A stretch of DNA of 64,000 nucleotides from Phoronis australis (Eukaryota; Animalia; Phoronida), in the NCBI GenBank assembly GCA_002633005.1, contig NMRA01000291.1:62001-126000 (forward strand). Direction: 5' to 3'. Under the pieces are notes generated by a model. That model did not search any database. It was not told the origin of the DNA and saw only the letters and a list, made by a program, of their open reading frames with translations. Of the stretch, positions 52,259 through 63,770 are shown one piece after another (within the stretch, counting starts at the first letter, position 1; every line of letters starts with the position of its first letter). The translations under genes and the position numbers were made by a program.

Positions 52259-52292
52259 CTCTCGTCGTCAGTCTCCAAAGGTCGTCCGCCAT
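52259..52292 (-). CDS. TOLLIP: Candidate TOLLIP first exon (phase anomaly)
   Basis: CpG-rich promoter-like context, AAG-ATGGCG start and GAG|GTAATC donor. At 34 nt (phase 1) it does not splice in frame directly to the phase-0 exon at 50979. Confidence 0.5.
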
Positions 52293-54009
52293 CTTGTTTC
52301 GCGTGCAGCGCTGCCACGCGGGACTTAGCGTTCCAATTTGGAACGCTCGTCTGCACGTTAGGTACTAACCTCTCGGGAGAAACACGCATGGAAGAACTGA
52401 GACTAAAATTAATGCATTTACCGACTGTTTTTTTGAGACCACTTAAAAACTTGTTGATTTTACTAATGCACTTTTTTGTTCATTTTCAGAAGATATTTTC
52501 GAAATTAAATTTTCTTCAGACGGAACAAAAAGCAACCCAGGGATTGTTTATGCAATGTATCTATTTGTCCCAGGCACTAACCGACATCTGTTAGGCCAAA
52601 GGAAAAACGCAGCAGACAAATGGAACACGCTGGGTGCTTAACAGTTTCGGCCCACGCCTTGGTCATCAAAATATTGTTCACTTGTTTTTTTATTGCAAAA
52701 CACAGTACTGAACTCAACATTTATGTTGAAAATTTTGGTTAAAGCATTTTGAATTTATTTGAAGAAAATTAAAATACTTGAATTGATAGAGAATGGCCAC
52801 CAATAAAGTAAAACATTGACTTTATTTCACTATATTGCATTTGTTACATACAACACAGCATGACATAATCAAAAATAAAAGAAGAGATTGAGCAATAAAA
52901 TTCAAATGCAACTTGGGTATTTATTTATTTATTTATGAATGCAGAAGCCTGTTAAAGATGAGAAAAAATCAAACAATACAATTATGGGTAATTTATTAGA
53001 ACAATTGTATCGAGGTTCAATGATCAACTTCCGCCTACCAAGTCTCAAAGGCTTACAGTTCTGTTTTGGCTGACAAGGTGTTAACAGAGAATGAAGAGAA
53101 ACTGAAAAGAAAAAGAAGGACAGCAGAGATAAGTGATGTTAAGAACAACAAGAGCAAAAAGTCAAATAAAGAGGTCACAAATACAAAATAAGTAAGGTCT
53201 GCCTGGAATAAAACAATTGTGATTTATTTTCCAGAACTGAAATTCTAAATCAATTTTAATCGATTTAAAAATCGATATCATACCAGTAAAACAGTTTGTG
53301 GTTGAAGTAGAGTTGCTGTAAACCACTTTCCACTATTTTCTTGGCCTTTTTCTGTGTGGTTTTCTGTCCTTTCAAAAGGCGGCAGCACATGACGACCATA
53401 GGTGTCATTATAAAATGGCTGCCGAAAACCAATGCACAGTTGAACAACTCGGCTTAAGTAAAAGAAAACGTTTGAATCAACGAATACTATATATTTGTGA
53501 GAGTTAAATCAAGTCCTATTCAGATCATAACTTTGAAGTGGAATAATTGGGTGAGTAAGACAACAAGCCGGTTTTATGCTTAGGCGGACGACTATAGGGT
53601 TTCGGAGTGTACATTACAACAGTTTCAAGGCTAAAATGATTTATTCGCGACCATTAAACTACTTCTGTTTGAAAGTTTTTGAACCCTTGTTGTGTCATTG
53701 GACATTTGGACAACAAACGAAATACCTGACTTCTTTTCTGGGCAGTTGTGGACGTCATTTTGACTAACTTGTGACGGAGAATAATTTTTTGTCAACACTT
53801 CCGTCTTCGCTTAAGAATGAGCATCCCATAAACTTTTATAATAAAAACAAAACTCTTGTGTCAATTGTAGTTTTTCGAAAAGTGAAGAAAAATGGTATAC
53901 TTTTATTTCTAATTAAAGTTTTAACTCAGTAAAAAATCACTTATAGTGGCATTTAAAGCACAAATTTTGTTTCAAAATTATGTAATTGGCGCTTCCTGTA
54001 AATACCTCG

Positions 54010-54029
54010 TTCCGGTGTTGCTAGTCAAC
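54010..54029 (+). promoter_or_regulatory. ETS-like site and RFX X-box-like motif upstream of the F-box gene
   Basis: TTCCGG at 54010-54015 and GTTGCTAGTCAAC at 54017-54029, 39 nt before the ATG. Confidence 0.4.
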
Positions 54030-54067
54030 AGCTTGCCTATGTGAGTGGAGCAGAAATGAACTAAGCG

Positions 54068-54232
54068 ATGAGTATCCTTTCAAGCCGCTCAGAGACATCG
54101 TCTTTGGTTGGTGAAAACTATCCGTGGACTTGGCGTGGACATGGAGGCGTGGTGCCTACTGAGGAAAATGTGGAATTCGATCAACAGTTGGATAAACTGT
54201 CTCACTGGCTCGAGGAATGGAATCATAAACAA
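54068..54232 (+). CDS. F-box/WD40 protein, exon 1
   Basis: MSILSSRSETSS...LDKLSHWLEEWNHKQ, donor GTAAGA, phase 0. Confidence 0.8.
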
Positions 54233-55220
54233 GTAAGAAACTTGAAACCAGATTGTTCAGCATGTTCAGTGCGTTGTTACTGGAGTGATTATTTTTGTGT
54301 TGAAATTGTCATGGATGAATACAGAGCAAACAGTTGAAGAACTTGCAGCTGTGATGATCATGTGTCTTAAAATAAAATTGGCTGGATCAGTGTCTTAGTG
54401 AACAGGCAGTTATCTAGACGTGACCAGGTGGCTAGGCACTTCATATGCTGGAAGCTTTTTGGCAATTTATGCCTCACACTGACTAAAACATTAAAGTCAT
54501 GTCGTTATAAATAAATTTTGCGCATAGAGGGACACCTTAAGAGGCCGTCCATGTATTTCCTTCCAACTCGAAGAAATACTTCCGTTATCAAACTTTTTAT
54601 TCAAGCAGTCCCTCGTTCAGTTGACAAAATTGGTAACTGGCCATTTTTACATTGCGCACGCCAGGGGATGTGACATCATACCACCTGCCGCGCGCAGTGT
54701 TAAAAATGATGCACTTCGATGAGCGGTTGAAATCAGGAATATTTCCACGGCTATACACTTCGCCGTTCTCCGACATGATCTGCAAAAATGTGCTTGATTT
54801 CCAAAACGAGGTCACACGCTTTCTTACCTCCAGGACAAAGAAGAGTGCCATCGCTGTGTAATCAGGGACTTCCCTATTAGTTACTGATGCTAAAAATTGT
54901 CATTCTACTGTTATTTTACTTCTGAATTTGTGGAACAATAATATGCATCGCCTTTCAATGCCACAAAATAGAGCGTCACCTATTGGCCAATTTCTTTCTT
55001 CAGTCAGCTATTCGTCTTCCACAAGTTTGCATGCATGTCGCAATAAATGCTTGAAATTGGTTTCACTTTGTTATAGAGTATTTTCTAACGAGTAAACTGA
55101 ATTTCTGAGAAAATTTTGCTTCGGTGATGTTGTCATCATCATCCTAAAGATATCCGATGCAATATACATGTGCATGACATGAGCGTACAGTTTTCTAGTG
55201 GAAAGCATACTTCCTTCATT

Positions 55221-55705
55221 CAGGGCTTGGAATTTTCCGAGGAAACGCGGATTTCCGCTTTTTTCAAATGTGCTTTCCGCTTTTTTTATAATATTTCCGC
55301 GTAAAAAAATCGGATTTGATATAAAATTTCCGCGGCAAATTCCTTTCTTACCGCGGTGTTGCAGACGACGTTCACCTCGAAAAGCGGAAGTTGCTCTTTA
55401 TGTTTCGGAGGAACGTAAATTGTCAACATTGCCGGGGCATCTGGGACATCGTGGTGGGATTTTCAATGGCGTCTCGTGTTATTGTTAAGCGCGGCGACAA
55501 ATACTACCGCTCTGCAGCCAAAAATGTGTGGGTTGGGAGTGGACGGACGAGCTAAAAGGATGCAGACGCATGGTACTGATGGTGGTTAGTCCTCCCGATT
55601 TTTGTCGGGGAAAGGTTCACATTGACCATTTCAAGGCTGGTTATCGGGCATGATTTGGGCCGTAAAACTTTCCGCGTTTTTTGTCATTGGTCATTCCAAG
55701 CCCTG
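55221..55705. mobile_element. hAT-like MITE with 6-bp TSD
   Basis: TTCATT|CAGGGCTTGGAAT ... ATTCCAAGCCCTG|TTCATT, with subterminal TTCCGC repeats. Confidence 0.85.
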
Positions 55706-55776
55706 TTCATTACAAAAGACAGAGAATGGGAAGAAAATGATGTTTGTTAATGATGTTTGTTAAATTGTTTCTCAAT

Positions 55777-57283
55777 AGCGGATTTGCAGCGACGCCATAT
55801 TGAAATTAGGTTAAAATGGTGCATTGTGGGTGCTGTGGTCAGGATTCCGAAAGCGGCCTTAGTAACAAGCATAATACGCGGTATGAGCGCGAAGAAAACT
55901 TACGGCGGATACACTTGTTGTGTTCCTGGCTGCTTCAAAAACAACAAGAGAGATAAAAATCTGAGTTTGTATGTGTTCCCTGCAAACCAAGAACTTCGTG
56001 AAAAATGGATAAACAACATTAGGAGACCTGGGAGTAAGGGGAAATTTAGCGCATTCAAACGAACGCGGGGCCATCTAGTAGGCAACACGTAGCCCCTCGG
56101 TTGGCCATGTAGGGGCTACAATACTTCCATTCGCTTTCTGTACTCATTTCGTTACTCCAGTGTATTTTAAACGGGCCGTGACCGGATTTGGGTTACCGAT
56201 TTCGAGTTTTCACCTCGTCAAAAATACACTCTACACTTAAAACTATCATTTAAAAAACGCTTACTTTCATCATTGGTCCTTTCTACTTCTATACATATCT
56301 TTAATGAAGCTTAGTTGTGACAATTAAGTTGACTTTGGCGAAGAATTACAACTCCACTTTTTTGGTTGCCGTTAATTTTATCACCGCGTGCGCGATAACT
56401 ACAAAGCATGTCAACTGAATCCCGTGAGTTAGGCGCAAGGTTAGACTGAGCGAAGCGCGTGACGCTAGCGCGCGACACTTGTAAAATAGCATGAGAAGGT
56501 ATCGGGTGAAACTTGTAAGATGTGTGTTCCTTGGACTTTTTATTCGTCAACATGCGTAATTTCACGTAACTTCCTCAAAATGGCACCCGGTAACCGTGAC
56601 TGAGAGAAACTCGAACAAACCGCAACAGATTTTCATCGATTCGTTCAAGTTTTGCTGACTAAATTGTATCCAGAGTCGTGGTATGTGTTAATTATAACTC
56701 CGTGTTCCTATATGTATGCCGGGTTCATTTGATTTTATTTGCTGTATTTTGAAATGAGTAACTTTTTGTGAGGATGTACTATCGCCCCTGAATGCCTGCG
56801 GCATCCAGTGTGATGTAATTGCCTAGGGGCCATCGTGTGCATGTGCAGCGAACATTTTCCTGGTGGAAAAAAGACTGATGAGAACAACATTCCGACGGAG
56901 TTTTCACTTAAAATTAACGTCTCTACCATATCCACGACGAAAGCTACAAAAGTTAAGCAACCCAAGAACTCTCAACTTGTCTGAAACAGGAGGAGATTTC
57001 GAAATCAACGCCGATAACCCCAATACTGAACACGGCGACAGTCGTGCTCTCGGTCACACGGTCACTGATCATAGCTACGCTGTGTTTACAAACGAGAGAG
57101 AGGCCTTGCTTGGTATTATAAAGCAAAAAATGAAACATGGTTTTTAGTTTGCAAATCACTCCAAATGCACACACTATCCAGCCTGCTCAAGACATGCCTG
57201 ACCACAAGCTATCCCATGAGCCTTCGCGAAGGAAGTAACTCGCACATGCGCAATGCGTAGTTCGTCTGCGCTGCAAATCCGCT
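55777..57283 (+). mobile_element. ISL2EU-like non-autonomous THAP element, copy 2
   Basis: Same TIRs and AT flanks as 22833-24340, and highly similar along its whole length. Confidence 0.82.
56076..56825. mobile_element. Nested insertion with 9-bp TSD (Academ- or MULE-like) inside the THAP ORF
   Basis: GGGGCCATC at 56067-56075 and 56826-56834. Ends TAGTAGGCAA ... TTGCCTA. Subterminal hairpin GTAGCCCCT...AGGGGCTAC. Confidence 0.8.
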
Positions 57284-58974
57284 ATTGAACAGTTCTAACA
57301 CCTAATGGGGTTTCATTTGACTCCCAGATTTTGTGGCATGTTCCTTGCCCAGCGGAGTTACCCGGACTATGTGAAATTTTTAGGTCTATGTGATTTTAAC
57401 ACTATGTTTTTAGCTGTATTTTGATGTTAATATTGATGCAGCTAGTTGGCTGACTACATTTATTTAGAAGAGTTTAAAAATACAGCAAATAATATCTAAT
57501 GAAGCCTGGATGTATACGCCGTGAGTTATAATTAAGACATTCCCTCAAAACAATTTAGTGAATGTAATTTGAACATATCCATCAATTTATGTTTCACTTT
57601 TGCTTCTCTTGCTAGCTGCCATTTTGAGGTATTTTACAAATCTATTCCCCTTTCCGAACTCGTGGGACACTTTCTAAACATATAAGTGCTCAACCTGCCT
57701 GTTAAAACAGTTTAACAAGACCAAAAAGTGGAGTTTGTAATTTCTTTTTTAAATTCATTTTAATTCTGTTAAATATGTATCATTGAGGGTATGCTTAGAA
57801 CCAGAAATGGCCACTGAGCTAAGTAAGCTCTTGTATTTTTTACTAGGTGAAAACTTCTTTTTGGAAGCCAAATTCCGGTCGTTTAAAATAAATGGGGCTG
57901 AAATGCATACATAGTTGATAGAAAATATTGTAGCACACTAATGTTGTAGGCGTTGTCTACTACCTCCCCTCATTAGAGATCAACATCATAATCGACATCG
58001 TTACTGAGTTCTCAGGATATATACATGCAAGTAGAATGTCTAAGCATGTGTTTCATTAATTAGCTTTGCCAAAACATAGTGGCCTTTGTTCATAGCCAGC
58101 AAACTGCAGTGTAGCCCCAGCCAATAGAAGGATATTCTGATAAAACTATCTGATTCCTTATCAGCATGAAAATTTGTTTTTCATGAGAAATATCCATCCC
58201 AATCAGTATTTTTCTGTACGAGAAGTGAATCATGACTATAAGTCTCCCATGAATACATTTGTCAGACTTGTTTTGATACTTTTCATGGACACGGGAGGCA
58301 TATATATTTTTCTTGCCCACTAATGACAATGAAATTTAAAGGAATAGAAAGGAGGAATGCAGTAACCTTTGATAAATCAGAAAATATAATATTTCAGTTT
58401 TATTGCTTTATTATTTATATAATTACTTTAAACCAATTTTTTTACTTGAGGTATAATAAATACAAGCATATGTGATTAAGGTCAGCTAGAGTCCTAACCA
58501 CAAGTCATGAAGCAGTGAGTAGTCAGAAATTTGGTGAAGGAGCCGTTTATACTGTTTGTAACTAGATAGATAAGACAACTGTGAAAGTGGGAAAAGTGTC
58601 TCAAGAGAATTTGTGGCAATTATTTTTGGGATACAAGAATTCTGTAAACGTATACTTGTTAATTGATTAGCACTCGCTGTATATTTGTATGGTATAATTG
58701 ATGGCTCACTGGTCTTTGTTCTGTGCTTTCATCATTAGCTAACACTAATTAATTATTCAAAGAAAATTTCCTGTTCCTTGATGTAAAACTTGATAGTAGG
58801 CTCAAGAGTAAAAAGTGACGACCAAAAAAAAACAATACAAAAAAACACCACCAAATGTCTGCTTAATATGTGTGAGGTGTCAATTTCCTACTCATATTTT
58901 ACTTTTTTCTACTCATATTTTGAGCCATGCTATGTACAAAAATTTTCTCCCCAGAAATCAAACTCATTGACTTG

Positions 58975-59095
58975 TGTTAGTTTGGTTGTTATTGTTAGTT
59001 GTTATATTAGTGATTTTGATTTTGTTGTTATTATTGTTATTGTTAGTTGTTATCTTAGTGGTGTTAGTTTTATTGTTATTGTTAGTAGCATTATT
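58975..59095. repeat. Low-complexity (TTGTTA/TTA)-type simple repeat
   Basis: Degenerate TTGTTATTGTTAG runs. Confidence 0.7.
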
Positions 59096-59131
59096 ATTTT
59101 GCTATTTATTTTTACTGTTTGACTGTTCCAG

Positions 59132-59302
59132 AGGTGTGATGTGCTAGAGGAGCTCCTCAACTCCAGTAACTACAACCAGTTCCAGTTACTATGGACCGTC
59201 ATGCAGCCTGTCCTACACAGAGACTTTATGTACCAGGCACAGAGTCAATTCCCCACCATAAACTTTCAGCCTGTTAGTACACATCTTAGCCGTAAAGTGA
59301 AG
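59132..59302 (+). CDS. F-box/WD40 protein, exon 2
   Basis: RCDVLEELLNSSNYNQFQLLWTVMQPVLHRDFMYQAQSQFPTINFQPVSTHLSRKVK, phase 0-0. Confidence 0.85.
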
Positions 59303-60119
59303 GTAATTATTTTAATCTACATGTTGATCAGCTGTATGGGATTTTGAAAATTTACAGGTTTTAGTTTTGTTCAAGCTTTTTATGATTTTCTGTTGGTTTA
59401 TTGACTGTGTTACGGACTCCTGCAATTAAATTACATATTAATTACAAGTGGAATGATACCAAATTTAATGAAATATTTACAATGGAAATGTGGTAAGGAA
59501 GAAAATAATAAATGTGATGAGATCAGGAGTATGATACGTTGTTAGGAGTTACTTTTATAAGTGCTATCCTGTAAACAATATTATGAGTAATATTTTTTGC
59601 CGTGCGGCCTTGTGTACTGAATGAAAGGCTTTGCAAATCATTTGATTTGAAATTATTGAACATAAGGTTCATTTATCCAAAATATACTTGTAATTTTATT
59701 TAAAATCTTGGATGATTCATTCATTATGTTAGCCATTATGCTAGCCCAGTAAATAATGATGTTATATTGTCATTCATGTTACACTTTGTCATTGTTATTT
59801 TTAACATAGTGTTATATAATGACATACTCCTCATGGCATTGAATGAGATACAGTCTCACTCAAAATTCCTTGTCACTTTTTCATTTTTAATTGCTTTCAG
59901 CGATTAACACGTATCAGAAACTTGTGAACTTCCAAGGGCAATATATAATATGAATGCACAATTATTCTAATATTTCACACTGAGCTTGTAATCGAAAGGA
60001 TTTCAAGGTGCATACTCGAACAAAATTGTAAGCCCCTATTGTGGTTACACGAACCTCCGTTGTATGCCATTTTGAAAATTTAGCAGCAAAGTGGACACAT
60101 TTGGATAACTTCTCCATAG

Positions 60120-60235
60120 GAACGAACGGTGAAGAATCGTATGGACAATTACTTCAGAGTGGACAGTGCCTATCTGAGAAATTCAAGACAGGTGAAAGAG
60201 GAATGTAGAGTGGAAACACCATCAAGCTCAGCTAG
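60120..60235 (+). CDS. F-box/WD40 protein, exon 3
   Basis: ERTVKNRMDNYFRVDSAYLRNSRQVKEECRVETPSSSA, phase 0-2. Confidence 0.75.
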
Positions 60236-61145
60236 GTGGGTGGAGATAAAATCTTATTTTAAAATTTTAATCATAATTGCAGCATTAACAACTAAATGTT
60301 TCTTGTTGAAATTCTATTTATTAATGTCCTTATGCAGTCTAACTATTCCTTGCATTAACCATTTGACATATTGCTTCAAATTTTTATAATTAAAATTGTA
60401 CTGTGAAAATTAACCTTGTGGTGTAAGATAATTAGAAATGGCCCATGTAAATGTGGGTTAACATACTTTAGTTTCCAGATAGTACATATAGTGTGAAGAT
60501 CACTTCTATAATTTCTTATTTTTGTCATTACGGAATAACATGAACACAAAGCACAGGCTGTTTTGTATATTCAGAGGCACACATAAATGAGAAAAATTTT
60601 GCATTCAGTATTATTATAGAGACGTTTAGTGAATGTATGTCTGGCACTATTTTGACACTACTTGGACCCAGAAATAGGAATAGAAATGAACAGTCACATC
60701 ACATTGTATTTGCACATTTCTATTCCTATTCAGTGACCACGTGGCATTTTAGTACTTGAAATTTGTTTAAAAGTTTTGTGCTATTGTTCATCGGGGTTTC
60801 CAAAAATGGTTGCGCCCATTGTGTGCTCCCAGTGAGTTGAGGATTATGACTGACCAAGCCCTGGTAATATATTACACAGCTCTCAGTAATTTTAAATGCT
60901 ATATAAACCTGTCCTGGTTTCTAATTATTTTTTGTTATTTTGGCATTTGAATTTTATTTGACTGGGTACAGAATGTCAAATGATGCATAGTAAAAATGAA
61001 AATAATTGTGATACTAATTAAATTATCCACAATTATTGATTATTACATTTATGAACTTACTTAACATAACACTGCTGTATTGTTTCAGATTAACATTTAA
61101 GATTTAGTCATTCACATTAACAAAGCGAGCTTACATTTGTTTTAG

Positions 61146-61277
61146 CTCCAGCGCACGCTTGAAACATTCCAGTTTACCAAACATATCTAATGGACTGATC
61201 TCTAAAAGTAAATCACATGTGAAATCCAAAGAAAACTTCAACTGGGGCTTAGTTGCTTCAGCTCCAGCTTTAGATAG
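61146..61277 (+). CDS. F-box/WD40 protein, exon 4
   Basis: SSARLKHSSLPNISNGLISKSKSHVKSKENFNWGLVASAPALD, phase 2-2, donor GTAAGT. Confidence 0.7.
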
Positions 61278-61750
61278 GTAAGTAAAATGTCACGGGCAGT
61301 AAAGTAGCCAAGTTTTTTGTTTTTGTAACAAAGCTTACCATTTTGTTGCCACATTTTCTGGTCACATCACTAATTACCGCACACTCTTTGAAGATGGATA
61401 GTCATGATGTAATCCATTCAGATGTAGTTACCCTGTGACTTTTGTCAGAGACATGCTTCATCTGTCAGTCAATGTTTTTGCTTGTTAAATTGTAATCAAG
61501 ACAACTTTGGTTTAATTTCCTGGTGTTCCTTGATGTTATTTTTGCATTTTCTTATGAGAAATGGTTTGCAGACATTTCTCATTCTAAGTTGAATTAAAGT
61601 TTAGGAATTTTTTATTAATTTATTTACAGTAATCAATTTAGCTCAGCCTTCAGAATACTTTGCAAACATGAGACAAAGTGGACCATGAAATGCTCTATGC
61701 TGCTATCTTGTAATGATCCATCTTGTAATTTATAATTTCTTTGGCTTTAG

Positions 61751-61959
61751 ATTTATAGAAATGCCTGTTCGCCGGCACATGCAGACACATCCATCAGAAG
61801 AAGCAAAGCCGGCAAGTGCTGAGAGAGTTAAGTCTAATTCCAGCAGAAGGGGTCACTTGTCATGGGGTCGAAGTCGGTCAATGTCTCCAGTTATTCAGCC
61901 ACCAAACTTGCCAAAGAATGCTCAACTACTTTTGCATTGGTTTACTAAGTGCTGGAATG
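61751..61959 (+). CDS. F-box/WD40 protein, exon 5
   Basis: FIEMPVRRHMQTHPS...LPKNAQLLLHWFTKCWN, phase 2-1. Confidence 0.78.
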
Positions 61960-62926
61960 GTTAGTAAAATTTGTTTAAATACATCACAGCTGCCTCTGTC
62001 TTTTGCTTGTCTGTTTTGTTGTAATGAATTTAGTGAATGTTTTTACTGCAGTAGCATGTCTTACATTATGAAAACTTGAGACAACCATTTTGCAAAACGT
62101 TTTTGTGTAGGTTTGTATATCCCTTTCTTCCTGATGGCCGAAGTTGTTGATGCGTCAACACCTTCTTTGCAGGTCAAGAGGGTGCCCTAGTTTTAAAGAA
62201 ATTGGCAAAGCTCTCTTCATGGAAAAATGACAATTTATTAGCAATTCGATTTCATTTTTTGATGCCTTCAAGTTATATGATGAAATCAGCATCATGTGCA
62301 CATTCTCATCAACTTTTCTTCAACTGTTGTCTGCCTTTTACCTACTTTCACTGCTTGTTGTTCAGGATTTTCACCTTAAAACAAAAAACTAGCTGAATTT
62401 AAATCAAATATGAACTAGGTGAAATTGATGACATATTGTCAGTCTATTTTGCAATTATATGAAATTACTCTATGGTCACATTTGTTTTCCCCGAAATAGT
62501 TACCAAAGTCATATTTAAATATGGTGTTACACCATGTTTGAAAATTCCATGCCATTTTTGGAAAGAGCCATTTTTGAAATTTCTGAGAATGTTGAGCCAT
62601 GTTTGAAAAGCTTAGTTTTGTCTGTTTAACAAGATAAATGATGGAACTAGTGTTGCATTGTGATAATTACATTATGCTCTTTCTGTAAAAATAATATTGA
62701 CATGTGTAAATGTAATTATTTCTGTGATTAGAAGAAAGGGTGATTACGACTCTAAAACCTGGCGCACTAATTAATACCATGTTTATATTTTTATTGAGGA
62801 GAAGCCATAGTTCTGTATTTCAAAGTTTTCCATTTTTCTGGTTATGTTTTGCTATCGTTCAATTGCATTTTTATTTTTAATTTCTCTATTTCTGAGGACT
62901 TAGTATATAACATTGTTCACTTTCAG

Positions 62927-63009
62927 ATGTTCAACGAAATGAGTTCCTTCACAAGCTGGTGTTGAAACTAGATGCCAGACAATACTACTTTATTGCAACA
63001 TTTTTAGTG
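62927..63009 (+). CDS. F-box/WD40 protein, exon 6 (D-domain-like)
   Basis: DVQRNEFLHKLVLKLDARQYYFIATFLV, phase 1-0. Confidence 0.82.
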
Positions 63010-63359
63010 GTAAGTTTGCTGAATGATATCTTACTCGTTATACCTGGTTTGGCCAATTACAATTAGTTGTGGGTGTAACTTGATATCTTTGTGAAATTGC
63101 CAAACGAGCTGTATCAGAAAAATAATAAACTGTAGTTGTTGTATTTGCATGGCCTGTGATCACCAGATGTGACATCAGAATGCCAGAAACTGAAGACTTG
63201 TTAGAAATTGTTAAGTATATATATATAAAACATGTTTACAATATGTCTGGTGTTTAAATGACATATCGTTATTTTATCATTAATTTTGTCAATAACTTTG
63301 TTTCTTTTTTGAAATATTGCCTCCATTCAAATATCTTTACAACTTATAAACTTCTTCAG

Positions 63360-63531
63360 GTGAAAAATTACAAGGACTTTTTAACTGGCCTGCCACTGAC
63401 CCTGTCCTTAGAGGTCCTCAGTTACCTGACACCCATAGAGTTGTTAACTGCAGCCAGGGTGTGCAAATCTTGGAAGAAACTGTCATACAATGGTACTCTG
63501 TGGAGGCAACACTGTCTTAAGCTAAACCCAA
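63360..63531 (+). CDS. F-box/WD40 protein, exon 7 (F-box)
   Basis: KDFLTGLPLTLSLEVLSYLTPIELLTAARVCKSWKKLSYNGTLWRQHC matches the F-box consensus. Phase 0-1. Confidence 0.93.
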
Positions 63532-63646
63532 GTAAGTGCTTGAATTTTTTACCGAATTTTGTTTTGTATTGCTCTTCAGCTATTTGCTGTTGTTCACTTA
63601 TTGTTTTGTGTTTTGTTTTGACTCACATTTTTATTCTATTTTTTAG

Positions 63647-63770
63647 ATATAAAAGCTCCTTCAGTAGGAAAACCCAACTGGAAAAGAATTTACAAAGAAA
63701 ATCTTCACCTCAAAAAGAACTGGAATACAGGCCAATACAAGATTGTCAACTTTCAAGGACACTCTCACAA
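63647..63770 (+). CDS. F-box/WD40 protein, exon 8 (linker and start of first WD40); gene continues beyond the window
   Basis: ...PNWKRIYKENLHLKKNWNTGQYKIVNFQGHSH, the typical FBXW linker (WK..Y...NW..G) followed by GH. Confidence 0.88.
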
